Shown: positions 23,884 to 37,592, numbered from the stretch's first letter. The stretch: 64,000 bases of DNA from Eledone cirrhosa (GCA_964016885.1 CAXHJY010000322.1:133029-197028); one strand, 5' to 3'. Numbers and translations: made by a program. Notes: generated by a model from the letters alone, not told the origin.

Positions 23884-26800
23884 GGGATGGACACACGTGG
23901 GAAACTTGTTGGGTAAGCTCTGCTTAAATTTCTATAAAAATTCTTGACTGTGAACCTTCATTTTGATACCAATTTTTAGAGGGACTGCCAGGTCAGATTT
24001 TGATCTGGTCAGTCTCTCAAAATATTCTACGCCTTTAGGCGAAATAGTTCATGGAAAAAAAAATTGGGAAAAAGTAACGTTTTAAAAAAATAAAATGGCT
24101 GAAGCAACAGCTTCTTCACCAACATTCGAAGGAGGAAAGGGGAATGTGCTTACAGCGTCCCCCTTCCACTGTCATAGTAGCAGATGTCTCAGACAAAGGT
24201 CAGACAGAGGAAGGATTTTCTTCACCCACTGACCGACAACTTGGCGTTGCCATGGCAACAAACCAAAACCAAAAGTGTAAAACAATGAACAAAAACAACA
24301 CAACCGGCACCACCAGCAACAACAACAACAATGCTATGAACAAAAACAACACCAACAACAACGAAGACAACAACAATAACAAGAACAACAAAAACAACAA
24401 CTCCAGCACAAGTGAAAACAACCAAACACACAAAACAAAACGTTTGCAGAAAGCCTTGCCAATGAGATTTTATAGAAATAGATCTGTCAAACCAAGCGCA
24501 GCACCTAAAGGACGCTGCGCAACATATAACTTTCAAAGGTAACGGCTTTCGAATAAGTACCCCACCAGAAATTAGGGTCGCAGCTAACCCACATGTTCGA
24601 TGACTTTTAGATCTACGCATCTCTCTGTCAAACAGGAGGTGGAGGTGGAGTTGCTGTTCTGTTTCGAAAAAACTTGGATCTCAAAGCACAGACGACTCAC
24701 TTGGACCCGAAGGGCAGCTTGGTGGTCCTGGACGTGAATGGTAGTGAAGGTGGAGCTTTCAGACTGGTGGCCGTATATGCCCCGACTGGGACATCCTGAC
24801 CAGAGTTCTTCAAGCGTCTGGAGCCATTCCTGGGAAAGTCTCGTTCCTTAGTGTTAGCGGGGGACTGGAATGGCATGTTAGATGCACGTTGGGACTATGT
24901 AAGAGCTTGTGATAATAGAGGGGGGTATAATAGCCTCAAAAATCTCATCAGCCAATTCCAACTGGCTGATAGATATCGACTAGACTTCCCAAGTGTACAA
25001 CTGTGGACGTGGAGCAACCGCACTGGGTCTTCTAGATCGTATTTAGATAGATTTTTAATTAAACAGAATGGTAAGGAAACATTAAGCTGTCCAATAATGC
25101 ACATGGTTGCCTATTCAGACCACAAATTAGTCAGCTGCGTAGTCAACCTTGATAAAACACATAGACAGGGACCCGGATACTGTAAGCTAAACATGTCGCT
25201 TCCGGCGCGTAAGGCCTACAGTAAACGGATTAGCACCTTAGTTAAGTGCCAGTTGACGGGGACGATCGTCAACAACAGGTGCTGGAGCTCTCTCAAGAGA
25301 GCAATTAGAATAGAATCGATAGCATTTAGCAAGGAAGTAGCTTTAGCAAAAAGACAGAAAAGGAACTGCTAGCTAAAGTAGAAGAGGCACTTACGAATGG
25401 CAGAAGAGCTGACCTGCTAGCGGCGAGAACGGCACTAGACCAGTTCTTCAACGTGAAACACGAATGTTGTATTGTCAGAAGTAGAACACGTGCTCTAAGA
25501 AACGAGGGAGCCAAAGCTGTTAACTTGGCTCGAGTGGCAGAGGCGAAAAGTGGCAACAAATCCACAATTCGGTCTTTGCAAGACAAAGATGGACGCATTC
25601 TACTTAAATCAAAGCAGATGTGCACGGCCTTCCAGCAGCATTTTGCACAACTGTTCGGGCAAAGCGGTACATCGAGCGAGGTGATGGACTTCAGCTCCTA
25701 CCTGGACGGTGTACCACGACTCTCGAGCACGGATGCAGAGAGCTGCGGAAGGCCGATCATAGCGGGCGAATTAGAAGATGCCCTAGGCCGCTGCGGGAAA
25801 CGCAAATCACCCAGTTTAGATGGTCTACCCTATGAGTTTTACATAGGCATGCCAAACTTGTTCTCTGGCATCCTTGAAGCGGTCTACTGCAACTGGCAGC
25901 AGAACGGGAGGATTCCCAGTTCTATAGGCAGAGGCGTAGTAACGCTGATCAGGACAGATGAGAACAAGGGGGGTGAGATAAGCAATTTCAGGCCCATAAC
26001 TCCGCTCAACACAGAGTTAAAGATTTTGGCCAAGGTGTTAGCAGTGAGGTTGGCGCTTGTCGTCGAGAACCTGGTAGGGGAAGCGCAGACGTGTGTAATC
26101 CCGACCAGGTCCATACCCGACAACCTCCACCTAATGCGATACATCATAGAGAGGGTATGGTGTAAACCTGGCTTCGGTGAGGCTCTGATCAATTTAGATC
26201 AGTTTAAGGCATTTGACAGGGTCGACCATCACTACTTGGAAGCGGTTCTCAAGGCGGCCGGCTTCGGTCCCATCTTCAGAGGCTGGATCACTGCCATGCA
26301 TACCAGCATCTGCTCGGCAGTGAAGGTGAATAGCTACTTATCGGAGCCATTCCAAATCATGCGTTCCATCCGTCAGGGATGCCCTCTCTCCTCAATTCTG
26401 TATGTACTGACTCTCGAGCCGTTACTGCGGAAGTTGGACCTGTTGCAGGACATCCCGATCGAACCAGGACTGCGGAAAGCAGCGTCGGCCTATGCCGATG
26501 ACATAACCGTAATGGTGTCGAAAACCTCGGAAATCAGAGTAATCGGCAACCTATTACAGGAATACGAAACTTTGACAGGTGCAAGTCTAAACCCAAACAA
26601 GTCTGTCGGTTTACAACTCGGCACATAGAGAGGCAAACCCATGCCTTCCGACAGTGTCATTGGACGCTGGACGGAAGGACCGGTGAAATGCTCGGGTTCT
26701 GGTTTGGTCCAGACCTCTAGGTGGACAAGAACTGGAATGAGGTCACGACGAAGGTGTTTGCACTCACCCAGAAGTGGGCTGAGTGCAAACTCTCCTTGAA

Positions 26801-28120
26801 AGTCGAGCTGAGGTAGCAAACACTTATATAGTGTCCTTCATCTACTACCGCTTGGCAGTCGTGCCTTGTCCCCGCAAATACTTCACTAAAATGGAACGCC
26901 TACTCTTCAGGTTCCTCTGGAAGAAACAGGCTCCATTAGTGAGGAGATCCATATGCTGTCAACACCCTTCTAACGGAGGGTTGGGCATGCTGTGGCTGAT
27001 GATGCACAAACACGCGCTGGGGCTACGCCATCTCTAGGTATTCTTGACCGGTGAACCGGTGTGGATGTCGTTTGTGAGACAAGCTCTTCCACAACACGTC
27101 TCACTAACAGAGCTGCAGTCCTGGGTCAAGCGAAGGCCGAAAATGGTTGCCTGGCACCTCGAGTGCCCTCAGGCGCTCACAGTGGAAATGGCAAGTGGAA
27201 TTGGCAATCAGCGCATACTCCACTTCGACATTCTATAGGAGATTATTGGAGGATAAGTGCGACGACGTTCTCGGGGAAACTCTAGGCATCGAGGAGGACG
27301 AACTGACCAGTCTATTCGGGAGGACTTTCCATCCAGGGCCTATGGATAACTTCCAGAGGTCTCTGGCCTGGCAGTGCTACCGAGGAGCTCTACCAGTTCG
27401 AGACAAAATCTACAGGCACGGACACCTTGGCAGAGATCCTGCCAAAAGGACCTGTCCAAGATGCGAGCAGGACATTGATATCGTTCTGCACGCAATTGTT
27501 CAGTGCCCGGGGGTGACCGACCTGTGGAATTATGTCGAACAGCTACTGTCACGTGTGGGACGCATCCAGTTGTCAGCCGAGTCCATCGTGAAGATCACCC
27601 CGCCGCCTTTATTTAAGAATGAAGGAGAGGCGGTTTTCCTCTGTCTGGTGGCTATGGCGAAAGAGGTAATATGGTGGACGAGGTTAAAAGGACTGAGGGC
27701 AAACACCTTTCTCTCCGGACAACAACTTATCGCCTTCTTTAAGTATCACTTCAGAAGGAAGGTGAGAGTGGAGAGAGAGGTGCTATATCCCAGTAAATTC
27801 ACTGAAAGGTGGGTAAATGTGACGAAAATGGCCCGAGTGAATGGGCCTTCTCTGTATACAAACCTGTAGGCTGAGGAAGACAAACAGAGGGAAGACGGGA
27901 AAACCAACAAAACGTGTTCCTGGTGTTGAGGGTTGTTCTATCCACGGGGTGTAAAATAACCCTGCAGTAACGTTTCCCTCTATTGGGGATTTCAATTTGT
28001 TATTTTCTTATATATATAGTTTATTGTTATATTAAAGTTATATGATTTTTATGTAACACCCCCGCCGTCACGTCTTGTAATGTCCCATTTTCGTACGCCC
28101 CTGTGGCAAATAAAGAAAGA
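23884..28120 (+). mobile_element. Tx1 copy 7, both ends present, large internal deletion of ORF1 and the ORF2 start
   Basis: 5' GGGATGGACAC and ORF1 start ATG at 24095 with an (AAC)n run, then a jump to APE coding at ~24595. ORF2 remnants extend to 27869, followed by the 3' UTR. Confidence 0.9.
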
Positions 28121-28272
28121 TATCTATCTGTCCATCTATTTCTCTCACTATTTATCTACATATCCATCTATCTATCCATCTCTCTATATATTTATCCATT
28201 CTTGCTATTTATTTATCTACATTTCTATCTAATTATCTAACTGCTTATCTATCTGGTCTATCTGTTTCTAAT

Positions 28273-28476
28273 TTAGACACAAGGCCAGCAATCTGTGGGG
28301 AATGGACAGTCGCTTAAATCGTCCCCAGTACTTGACAGTAGTTTATTTTATCGACCTAGAAAAGGAAAAATGTAAAGTTTATCTTGGTGGAAGTTGAACT
28401 CAGAAGATAAAGAGTCATAAGTGAAGACTGCCAAGTATTTTGTCCGGCGTTCTAACGTCCCTGCCAACACACCCCC
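28273..28476 (-). mobile_element. tRNA-derived SINE, diverged
   Basis: Reverse complement resembles 15836-16026 (TGGCAG..GTTAGAACGCCGGACAAAAT..CTGAGTTCAA..GTCGATAAAATAA). Confidence 0.7.
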
Positions 28477-29414
28477 AGAACACTCCACCACTCACATCTA
28501 TATATCCTTTAAATAACGAAATAACGTTTACATTTCAACTCCAATATCATCCGTTATATTCTCTCCATCTCTATATTTTTGTTTTCTCTATCTCGATATA
28601 TATTTTCTCTACCTCCCTCTATATATATTTCTCCTTAATTTGCAATAGTGTTGCTGTTTCTTCCGGATCCGGAAGTAGAAACCCCACCACCACCTACCAC
28701 CGAACAAACGAAATATCCTTAATAGTCTCATTACATTTCCAATCGCTACTTGATTATGAAATTTTCTACTCAAATTGTAGCCAATATCGATCCTATCTGC
28801 TATGTATAGCCAAACATATACCTAAGCAATGGCATTGCTATTCAACGAACTATATAGCCTGCGGCCATTTTTGCGAACAGAACAGTGTTTCAATATATAT
28901 AGCAAAGCAAATAGTAATAAATAAATGAATAAATAAATGAATAAATGGCTACTGTCCGGTCTATACAATATGAACATTTTGCCTATACCTTCTGGAGTTA
29001 ATTACATTCCTTCTTGCTTACGAATTTCACTTATGAAGCAATAAATGGCGCATTTCATTGCTCCATTTTTATTTTTTATTTTATTGGGATTTTTCTTGTT
29101 TTGTTGTTTTGTTTGTTGTTATATTTTTTTTTCATATTCATTTTCGTTATTTAACAAATAACTATATAGCTTATAGTAGATGTCGTCTGCTTCTTTGAAT
29201 AGGAACTTTTAAGAGTGAAGCAACATGGCAGCTATAAATTTACCATTTCCATCATGTTAATACAGTAATAACATATACACTAATGTGTTATTTCTACTTG
29301 AAGCTATTTAGCTGGCTTGTAATTACGTAAGTATATATATATATTCTGACTGTCATTTATATTAATACATTTCACAGCACAATCACCATATATTATATAT
29401 ATATATATATATAG

Positions 29415-29699
29415 ACCTGTGCGAAATTCCTTCCTTGCTCACATTTCAACCAGGTTTGATGGTCTTTATTATCTCGTTCACGATTTCACCAAATTTATAT
29501 TCATAGAAATCTGGGACTTGTCTCTTTCTTCATCACTTTCTGTTGCTTAAACCATTTTGTTTGTTTACCCTAGCGTCCCCTTTATTTACGTGTCCCAACG
29601 ACTTTTTTTAGCCGTTGCTCGCACCAACCTGAGGTATATGGTCTTTAAAGCGATGAAATGCCTATGACGGTTGGAAGGCCACTGATGAAGGACAAACTT

Positions 29700-29703
<4 letters not shown>
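29415..29703 (+). mobile_element. Penelope-pLTR/retrozyme-like fragment between (TA)n tracts
   Basis: TA-flanked island whose 3' part is homologous to the motif in the 497-bp repeat at 41325-42216. Contains CTGATGA. Confidence 0.5.
29591..29694 (+). ncRNA. Candidate pseudoknotted hammerhead-like ribozyme with K-turn, variant A
   Basis: ATA|TGGTCTT, GAAA and CTGATGA plus helices covarying with 41564-41666 (see findings). Confidence 0.55.
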
Positions 29704-30097
<394 letters not shown>

Positions 30098-30144
30098 CAC
30101 ATATATATACATACATATATATGCATACGTGCATACATATATAC

Positions 30145-30742
30145 ATGATGGCTGCCAACTCGTTTTCGAGTACGGCCACTACTTTATCTCCATGTAGGAG
30201 AACCCCTACCGATGCGCTGAACGAGTGTGACTTTTTAGTCCAGCCAGCGACTTGAAAACTCTGGTACAAACACTACACTTGTGACAATTATTGACACATA
30301 GTGCTGGGCCCATGGTACCATGTGACAACAAGTGCAGAGAGATCTCCAGATATAAAGCAATGCTGTGCCGTGAAGCTTTTATAGTGAGCAAAGGCACTGC
30401 ACAAAGCCAGTCCCACTCTCTTAACCAAGATGATATTTACCAAAAAGAAGAACAAGTCAACATCATTGGATACCATCAGGGTTGCAGGTGTTATATCAGA
30501 GTTTTCCTTCTCCTAGAATTCTGCCTTGACAAAGGCTAAGGGGTCATCTCTTCTGGTGATTTTGGATGGCCATTGACTCTTAAGAGCTCCTTTGCCCTTT
30601 TACAGGTTTTGTTTTTAGTCCTGCAGAATGTCCAAAGTCACCCTCCTCACCAAGAAACCTTGGTGGGGTTGCTAACAACACGACCATGGGACAGGTTGTA
30701 CTGGGATACATGTGAACAGTAGCACCAACTGGTGACCTGACA
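30145..30742 (-). mobile_element. RTE-derived bipartite element, copy 2
   Basis: Homologous to 13304-13913. ACATATATACAT occurs at both ends (possible TSD). Confidence 0.75.
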
Positions 30743-30762
30743 TATATACATACATACATACA

Positions 30763-31009
30763 TTGGAAGATCCAATTCAATGTTCAAACAAGATAAAAAA
30801 AATGGACCAATTTACAGAGAAATTTGTGCATGGATACTTGAGACGAAAAGCACAGACCACAGAAGGGATAAACCATTCAAAAAGCCTAGCATGGAGTTCC
30901 GACAAGTTTATGACATCCCATCTTGAAGGATATCTCTATGCAATATAGGAACAAGAAATCCCTACCAAATATCTGCTACACAAAAGAGTAGGGCCATCAG
31001 TCGACAATA
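30763..31009 (+). mobile_element. Internal fragment of the R4/Dong-like element
   Basis: Homologous to ~12330-12572 (AWSSDKFMTSHLEGYLYAI) and preceded by (CATA)n. Confidence 0.88.
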
Positions 31010-31297
31010 TATACACCATATATATATATACACCATATATATATACACCATATATATATACATCATATATATATACAACATACATATATACACCATATAT
31101 ATATATTCAGCCTATATATATTCACCCTATATATACACCATATATATATACACCATATATATATACATCATACATATATACACCCTATATATAAACACCC
31201 TACATATATACACCCTACACATATATACCATACATATATACACCTTACATATATACACCCTACATATATACACCCTACATATATATACACTATATAT
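31010..31297 (+). repeat. (TA)nCACCA/CACCC satellite, start of the large array
   Basis: Same motif as 35913-64000. Confidence 0.9.
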
Positions 31298-31420
31298 TTG
31301 GTTGTCCATCGTAAAGGATGATGACATCTTTATTGTTGTTCCCGTCTGCCATGGGCACGAAGGTGGCTGTGGAGGTCCTGCGACAGTGGGGGCAGGGGAA
31401 GAGACCGGAGTCAGGTCCGG
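31298..31420 (-). mobile_element. 3' terminus of an RTE-clade LINE
   Basis: The minus strand reads ..LFPCPHCRRT/LHSHLRAHGRREQQ*, followed by a short 3' UTR GTCATCATCCTTTACGATGGACAACCA. Confidence 0.7.
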
Positions 31421-34400
31421 CGACAGTGGGGGCAGGGGAAGAGACCGGAGTCAGGTCCGGGGACAGTGGGGGCAGGGGAAGAGACCGGAGTCAGGTCCGG
31501 CGACAGTGGAGGCAGGGGAAGAGACCGGAGTCAGGTCCGGGGACAGTGGGGGCAGGGGAAGAGACCGGAGTCAGGTCCGGGGACAGTGGGGGCAGGGGAA
31601 GAGACCGGAGTCAGGTCCGGGGACAGTGGGGGCAGGGGAAGAGACCGGAGTCAGGTCCGGGGACAGTGGGGGCAGGGGAAGAGACCGGAGTCAGGTCCGG
31701 CGACAGTGGAGGCAGGGGAAGAGACCGGAGTCAGGTCCGGGGACAGTGGGGGCAGGGGAAGAGACCGGAGTCAGGTCCGGGGACAGTGAGGGCAGGGGAA
31801 GAGACCGGAGTCAGGTCCGGGGTCAGTGGGGGCAGGGGAAGAGACCGGAGTCAGGTCCGGCGACAGTGGAGGCAGGGGAAGAGACCGGAGTCAGGTCCGG
31901 GGACAGTGGGGGCAGGGGAAGAGACCGGAGTCAGGTCCGGGGACAGTGAGGGCAGGGGAAGAGACCGGAGTCAGGTCCGGGGACAGTGGGGGCAGGGGAA
32001 GAGACCGGAGTCAGGTCCGGCGACAGTGGAGGCAGGGGAAGAGACCGGAGTCAGGTCCGGGGACAGTGGGGGCAGGGGAAGAGACCGGAGTCAGGTCCGG
32101 CGACAGTGGAGGCAGGGGAAGAGACCGGAGTCAGGTCCGGGGACAGTGGGGGCAGGGGAAGAGACCGGAGTCAGGTCCGGGGACAGTGAGGGCAGGGGAA
32201 GAGACCGGAGTCAGGTCCGGGGACAGTGGGGGCAGGGGAAGAGACCGGATTAAGGTCCGGGGACAGTGGGGGCAGGGGAAGAGACCGGAGTCAGATCCGG
32301 GGACAGTGGGGGCAGGGGAAGAGAGCGGAGTCAGGTCCGGGGACAGTGGGGGCAGGGGAAGAGACCGGATTAAGGTCCGGGGACAGTGGGGGCAGGGGAA
32401 GAGACCGGAGTCAGATCCGGGGACAGTGGGGGCAGGGGAAGAGAGCGGAGTCAGGTCCGGGGACAGTGGGGGCGGGGGAAGAGAGCGGAGTCAGGTCCGG
32501 GGTCAGTGGGGGTAGGGGAAGAGACCAGAGTCAGGTCCGGGGACAGTGGGGGCAGAGGAAGTGACCGGAGTCAGGTCCGGGGACAGTGAGGGCAGGGGAA
32601 GAGACCGGAGTCGGGTCGGGGGACAGTGGGGGAAGAGGAAGAGACCGGAGTCAGGTCCGGGGACAGTGGGGGCAGAGGAAGAGACCGGAGTCAGATCCGG
32701 TCCGGAGACAGTGGGGGCAGAGGAAGAGACCGGAGTCAGGTCCGGGGACAGTGAGGGCAGGGGAAGAGACCGGAGTCAGGTCCGGGGACAGTGGGGGCAG
32801 GGGAAGAGACCGGAGTCAGGTCCGGGGACAGTGGGGGCAGAGGAAGAGACCGGAGTCAGGTCCGGGGACAGTGAGGGCAGGGGAGGAGACCGGAGTCAGG
32901 TCCGGGGACAGTGGGGGCAGAGGAAGTGACCGGAGTCAGGTCCGGGGACAGTGGGGGCAGGGGAAGAGACCGGAGTCAGGTCCGGGGACAGTGGGGGCAG
33001 AGGAAGAGACCGGAGTCAGGTCCGGGGACAGTGAGGGCAGGGGAAGAGACCGGAGTCAGGTCCGGGGACAGTGGGGGCAGAGGAAGAGACCGGAGTCAGG
33101 TCCGGGGACAGTGGGGGCAGAGGAAGAGACCGGAGTCAGGTCCGGGGACAGTGGGGGCAGGGGAATAGACCGGAGTCAGGTCCGGGGACAGTGAGGGCAG
33201 GGGAAGAGACCGGAGTCGGGTCGGGGGACAGTGAGGGCAGGGGAAGAGACCGGAGTCAGGTCCGGGGACAGTGAGGGCAGGGGAAGAGACCGGAGTCAGG
33301 TCCGGGGACAGTGGGGGCAGAGGAAGAGGCCGGAGTCAGGTCCGGGGACAGTGGGGGCAGGGGAAGAGACCGGAGTCAGGTCCGGGGACAGTGGGGGCAG
33401 AGGAAGAGACCGGAGTCAGGTCCGGGGACAGTGGGGGCAGAGGAAGAGACCGGAGTCAGGTCCGGGGACAGTGGGGGCAGGGGAAGAGACCGGAGTCAGG
33501 TCCGGGGACAGTGAGGGCAGGGGAAGAGACCGGAGTCGGGTCGGGGGACAGTGAGGGCAGGGGAAGAGACCGGAGTCAGGTCCGGGGACAGTGAGGGCAG
33601 GGGAAGAGACCGGAGTCAGGTCCGGGGACAGTGGGGGCAGAGGAAGAGACCGGAGTCAGGTCCGGGGACAGTGGGGGCAGGGGAAGAGACCGGAGTCGGG
33701 TCGGGGGACAGTGAGGGCAGGGGAAGAGACCGGAGTCAGGTCCGGGGACAGTGAGGGCAGGGGAAGAGACCGGAGTCGGGTCGGGGGACAGTGAGGGCAG
33801 GGGAAGAGACCGGAGTCAGGTCCGGGGACAGTGGGGGCAGGGGAATAGACCGGAGTCAGGTCCGGGGACAGTGAGGGCAGGGGAAGAGACCGGAGTCGGG
33901 TCGGGGGACAGTGAGGGCAGGGGAAGAGACCGGAGTCAGGTCCGGGGACAGTGAGGGCAGGGGAAGAGACCGGAGTCAGGTCCGGGGACAGTGGGGGCAG
34001 AGGAAGAGACCGGAGTCAGGTCCGGGGACAGTGGGGGCAGGGGAAGAGACCGGAGTCAGGTCCGGGGACAGTGGGGGCAGAGGAAGAGACCGGAGTCAGG
34101 TCCGGGGACAGTGGGGGCAGAGGAAGAGACCGGAGTCAGGTCCGGGGACAGTGGGGGCAGGGGAATAGACCGGAGTCAGGTCCGGGGACAGTGAGGGCAG
34201 GGGAAGAGACCGGAGTCGGGTCGGGGGACAGTGAGGGCAGGGGAAGAGACCGGAGTCAGGTCCGGGGACAGTGAGGGCAGGGGAAGAGACCGGAGTCAGG
34301 TCCGGGGACGGTGGGGGCAGAGGAAGAGACCGGAGTCAGGTCCGGGGATAGTGGGGGCAGGGGAAGAGACCGGAGTCAGGTCCGGGGACAGTGGGGGCAG

Positions 34401-35912
34401 AGGAAGAGACCGGAGTCAGGTCCGGGGACAGTGAGGGCAGGGGAAGAGACCGGAGTCAGGTCCGGGGACAGTGGGGGCAGAGGAAGAGACCGGAGTCAGG
34501 TCCGGGGACAGTGGGGGCAGAGGAAGAGACCGGAGTCAGGTCCGGGGACAGTGGGGGCAGGGGAATAGACCGGAGTCAGGTCCGGGGACAGTGAGGGCAG
34601 GGGAAGAGACCGGAGTCGGGTCGGGGGACAGTGAGGGCAGGGGAAGAGACCGGAGTCAGGTCCGGGGACAGTGAGGGCAGGGGAAGAGACCGGAGTCAGG
34701 TCCGGGGACAGTGAGGGCAGGGGAAGAGACCGGAGTCAGGTCCGGGGACAGTGGGGGCAGAGGAAGAGACCGGAGTCAGGTCCGGGGACAGTGGGGGCAG
34801 AGGAAGAGACCGGAGTCAGGTCCGGGGACAGTGGGGGCAGAGGAAGAGACCGGAGTCAGGTCCGGGGACAGTGGGGGCAGGGGAATAGACCGGAGTCAGG
34901 TCCGGGGACAGTGAGGGCAGGGGAAGAGACCGGAGTCGGGTCGGGGGACAGTGAGGGCAGGGGAAGAGACCGGAGTCAGGTCCGGGGAGAGTGGGGGCAG
35001 GGGAAGAGACCGGAGTCAGGTCCGGGGACAGTGGGGGCAGGGGAAGAGACCGGAGTCAGGTCCGGGGACAGTGGGGGCAGGGGAATAGACCGGAGTCAGG
35101 TCCGGGGACAGTGAGGGCAGGGGAAGAGACCGGAGTCGGGTCGGGGGACAGTGAGGGCAGGGGAAGAGACCGGAGTCAGGTCCGGGGAGAGTGGGGGCAG
35201 GGGAAGAGACCGGAGTCAGGTCCGGGGACAGTGGAGGCAGGGGAAGAGACCGGAGTCAGGTCCGGGGACAGTGGGGGCAGGGGAAGAGACCGGAGTCGGG
35301 TCGGGGGACAGTGAGGGCAGGGGAAGAGACCGGAGTCAGGTCCGGGGACAGTGGGGGCAGGGGAAGAGACCGGAGTCGGGTCGGGGGACAGTGAGGGCAG
35401 GGGAAGAGACCGGAGTCAGGTCCGGGGACAGTGGGGGCAGGGGAAGAGACCGGAGTCGGGTCGGGGGACAGTGAGGGCAGGGGAAGAGACCGGAGTCAGG
35501 TCCGGGGACAGTGAGGGCAGGGGAAGAGACCGGAGTCAGGTCCGGGGACAGTGGGGGCAGGGGAAGAGACCGGAGTCAGGTCCGGGGACAGTGGGGGCAG
35601 GGGAAGAGACCGGAGTCGGGTCGGGGGACAGTGAGGGCAGGGGAAGAGACCGGAGTCAGGTCCGGGGACAGTGGGGGCAGGGGAAGAGACCGGAGTCAGG
35701 TCCGGGGACAGTGGGGGCAGGGGAAGAGACCGGAGTCAGGTCCGGGGACAGTGGGGGCAGGGGAAGAGACCGGAGTCAGGTCCGGGGACAGTGAGGGCAG
35801 GGGAAGAGACCGGAGTCAGGTCCGGGGACAGTGGGGGCAGGGGAAGAGACCGGAGTCAGGTCCGGGGACAGTGGGGGAAGGGGAAGAGAGCGGAGTCAGG
35901 TCCGGAGACAGT
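31381..35912 (+). repeat. 40-bp G-rich minisatellite (~113 units) GGACAGTGGGGGCAGGGGAAGAGACCGGAGTCAGGTCCGG
   Basis: Direct tandem array with variant blocks and one 5-bp phase shift at ~32700. Confidence 0.99.
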
Positions 35913-36291
35913 ATACACCCTATATATATATACACACACTATATATATATATATTCACCCTATATATATATATATATATACACCCTCTCTCTCTATATAT
36001 ATATACACCGTATATATATATATATATACACACGCTATATATATATATATACATACCCTATATATATATATATACACACCCTATATATATATATATATAC
36101 ACCCTATATATATATATACACACCCTATATGTATATATATATATACCCTCTATATATATACACCCTATATATATATACACCCTATAAATATATATATAGA
36201 CACTATATATATATATATATATATATACACCCTATATATATATATATAGATACACGCTATATATATATACCCTATATATATATATATACAC

Positions 36292-36340
<49 letters not shown>

Positions 36341-36629
36341 CCTATATATATACACACCCTATATATAAATATATACACACCCTATAGATATATATACACA
36401 CACTATATATATATATATATACACCCTATATATATGTAACCCTATAAATATATATATACACCCTATATATATATATACACACCCTATATATATATATATA
36501 CACACTATATATATATATATATACACCCTATATATATATATATACACCCTATATATATATATACACCCTATATATATATATATATACACACCCTACATAT
36601 ATATATATACACCCTATATATATATATGC

Positions 36630-36668
<39 letters not shown>

Positions 36669-36861
36669 CCTATATATATATATATACCCCCTATATACAT
36701 ATATATACAGCCTATATATATATACACCCTATATATATATATACACCCTATATATATATATACACACACCCTATATATATATATATATACACACCCTATA
36801 TATATATATATATACACACCCTATATATATATAAACACCCTATATATATATATATATAAAA

Positions 36862-36900
<39 letters not shown>

Positions 36901-37073
36901 CCTATATATATATATATAAACCCTATATATATATATACACACCGTATATAGATATATATATACACCCTACATATATATACACACACCCTATATTGATACA
37001 CCCTATATATAAATATATATACACACCCTATATATATATATATATATATACACACCCTATATATATATACACC

Positions 37074-37105
<32 letters not shown>

Positions 37106-37550
37106 CCTATATTTATATATACACACCCTATATATATATATATATATATACACCCTACATATATATATGTATACAGACCCTATATATATATATATACACC
37201 CTATATATATATATATATATACACCCTATATATATATATATATATACACCCTATATATATATACACACACACCCTATATATATATATACCCTATATATAT
37301 ATACACACACCCTATATATATATGCACCCTATATATATATACCCACCCTATATATATATATATACACCCGATATATATATACACACACACTATATACATA
37401 TATACACCCTATACATATATATATATACACCCTATATATATATATATATATATACACCCTATATATATATATATACACCCTATATATATATATATATATA
37501 CACTATATATATACATATATATATCCACACCCTATATATATATATCCACA

Positions 37551-37592
<42 letters not shown>

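Noticed and set aside
173-27995. Recurrent antisense ORFs (e.g. MIRAPPK.. at 173-472, 5854-6162, 21530-21838)
   Set aside because: Shadow ORFs of conserved RT codons with no independent motif.
29650-29688. Box C/D snoRNA (ATGA..CTGA)
   Set aside because: Too short, no terminal stem in snoRNA order, and no recognisable guide. The boxes are better explained by the K-turn/hammerhead model.
31302-35912. Gly/Arg/Glu-rich repetitive ORFs
   Set aside because: Artefacts of a 40-bp unit (not a multiple of 3) cycling through reading frames.
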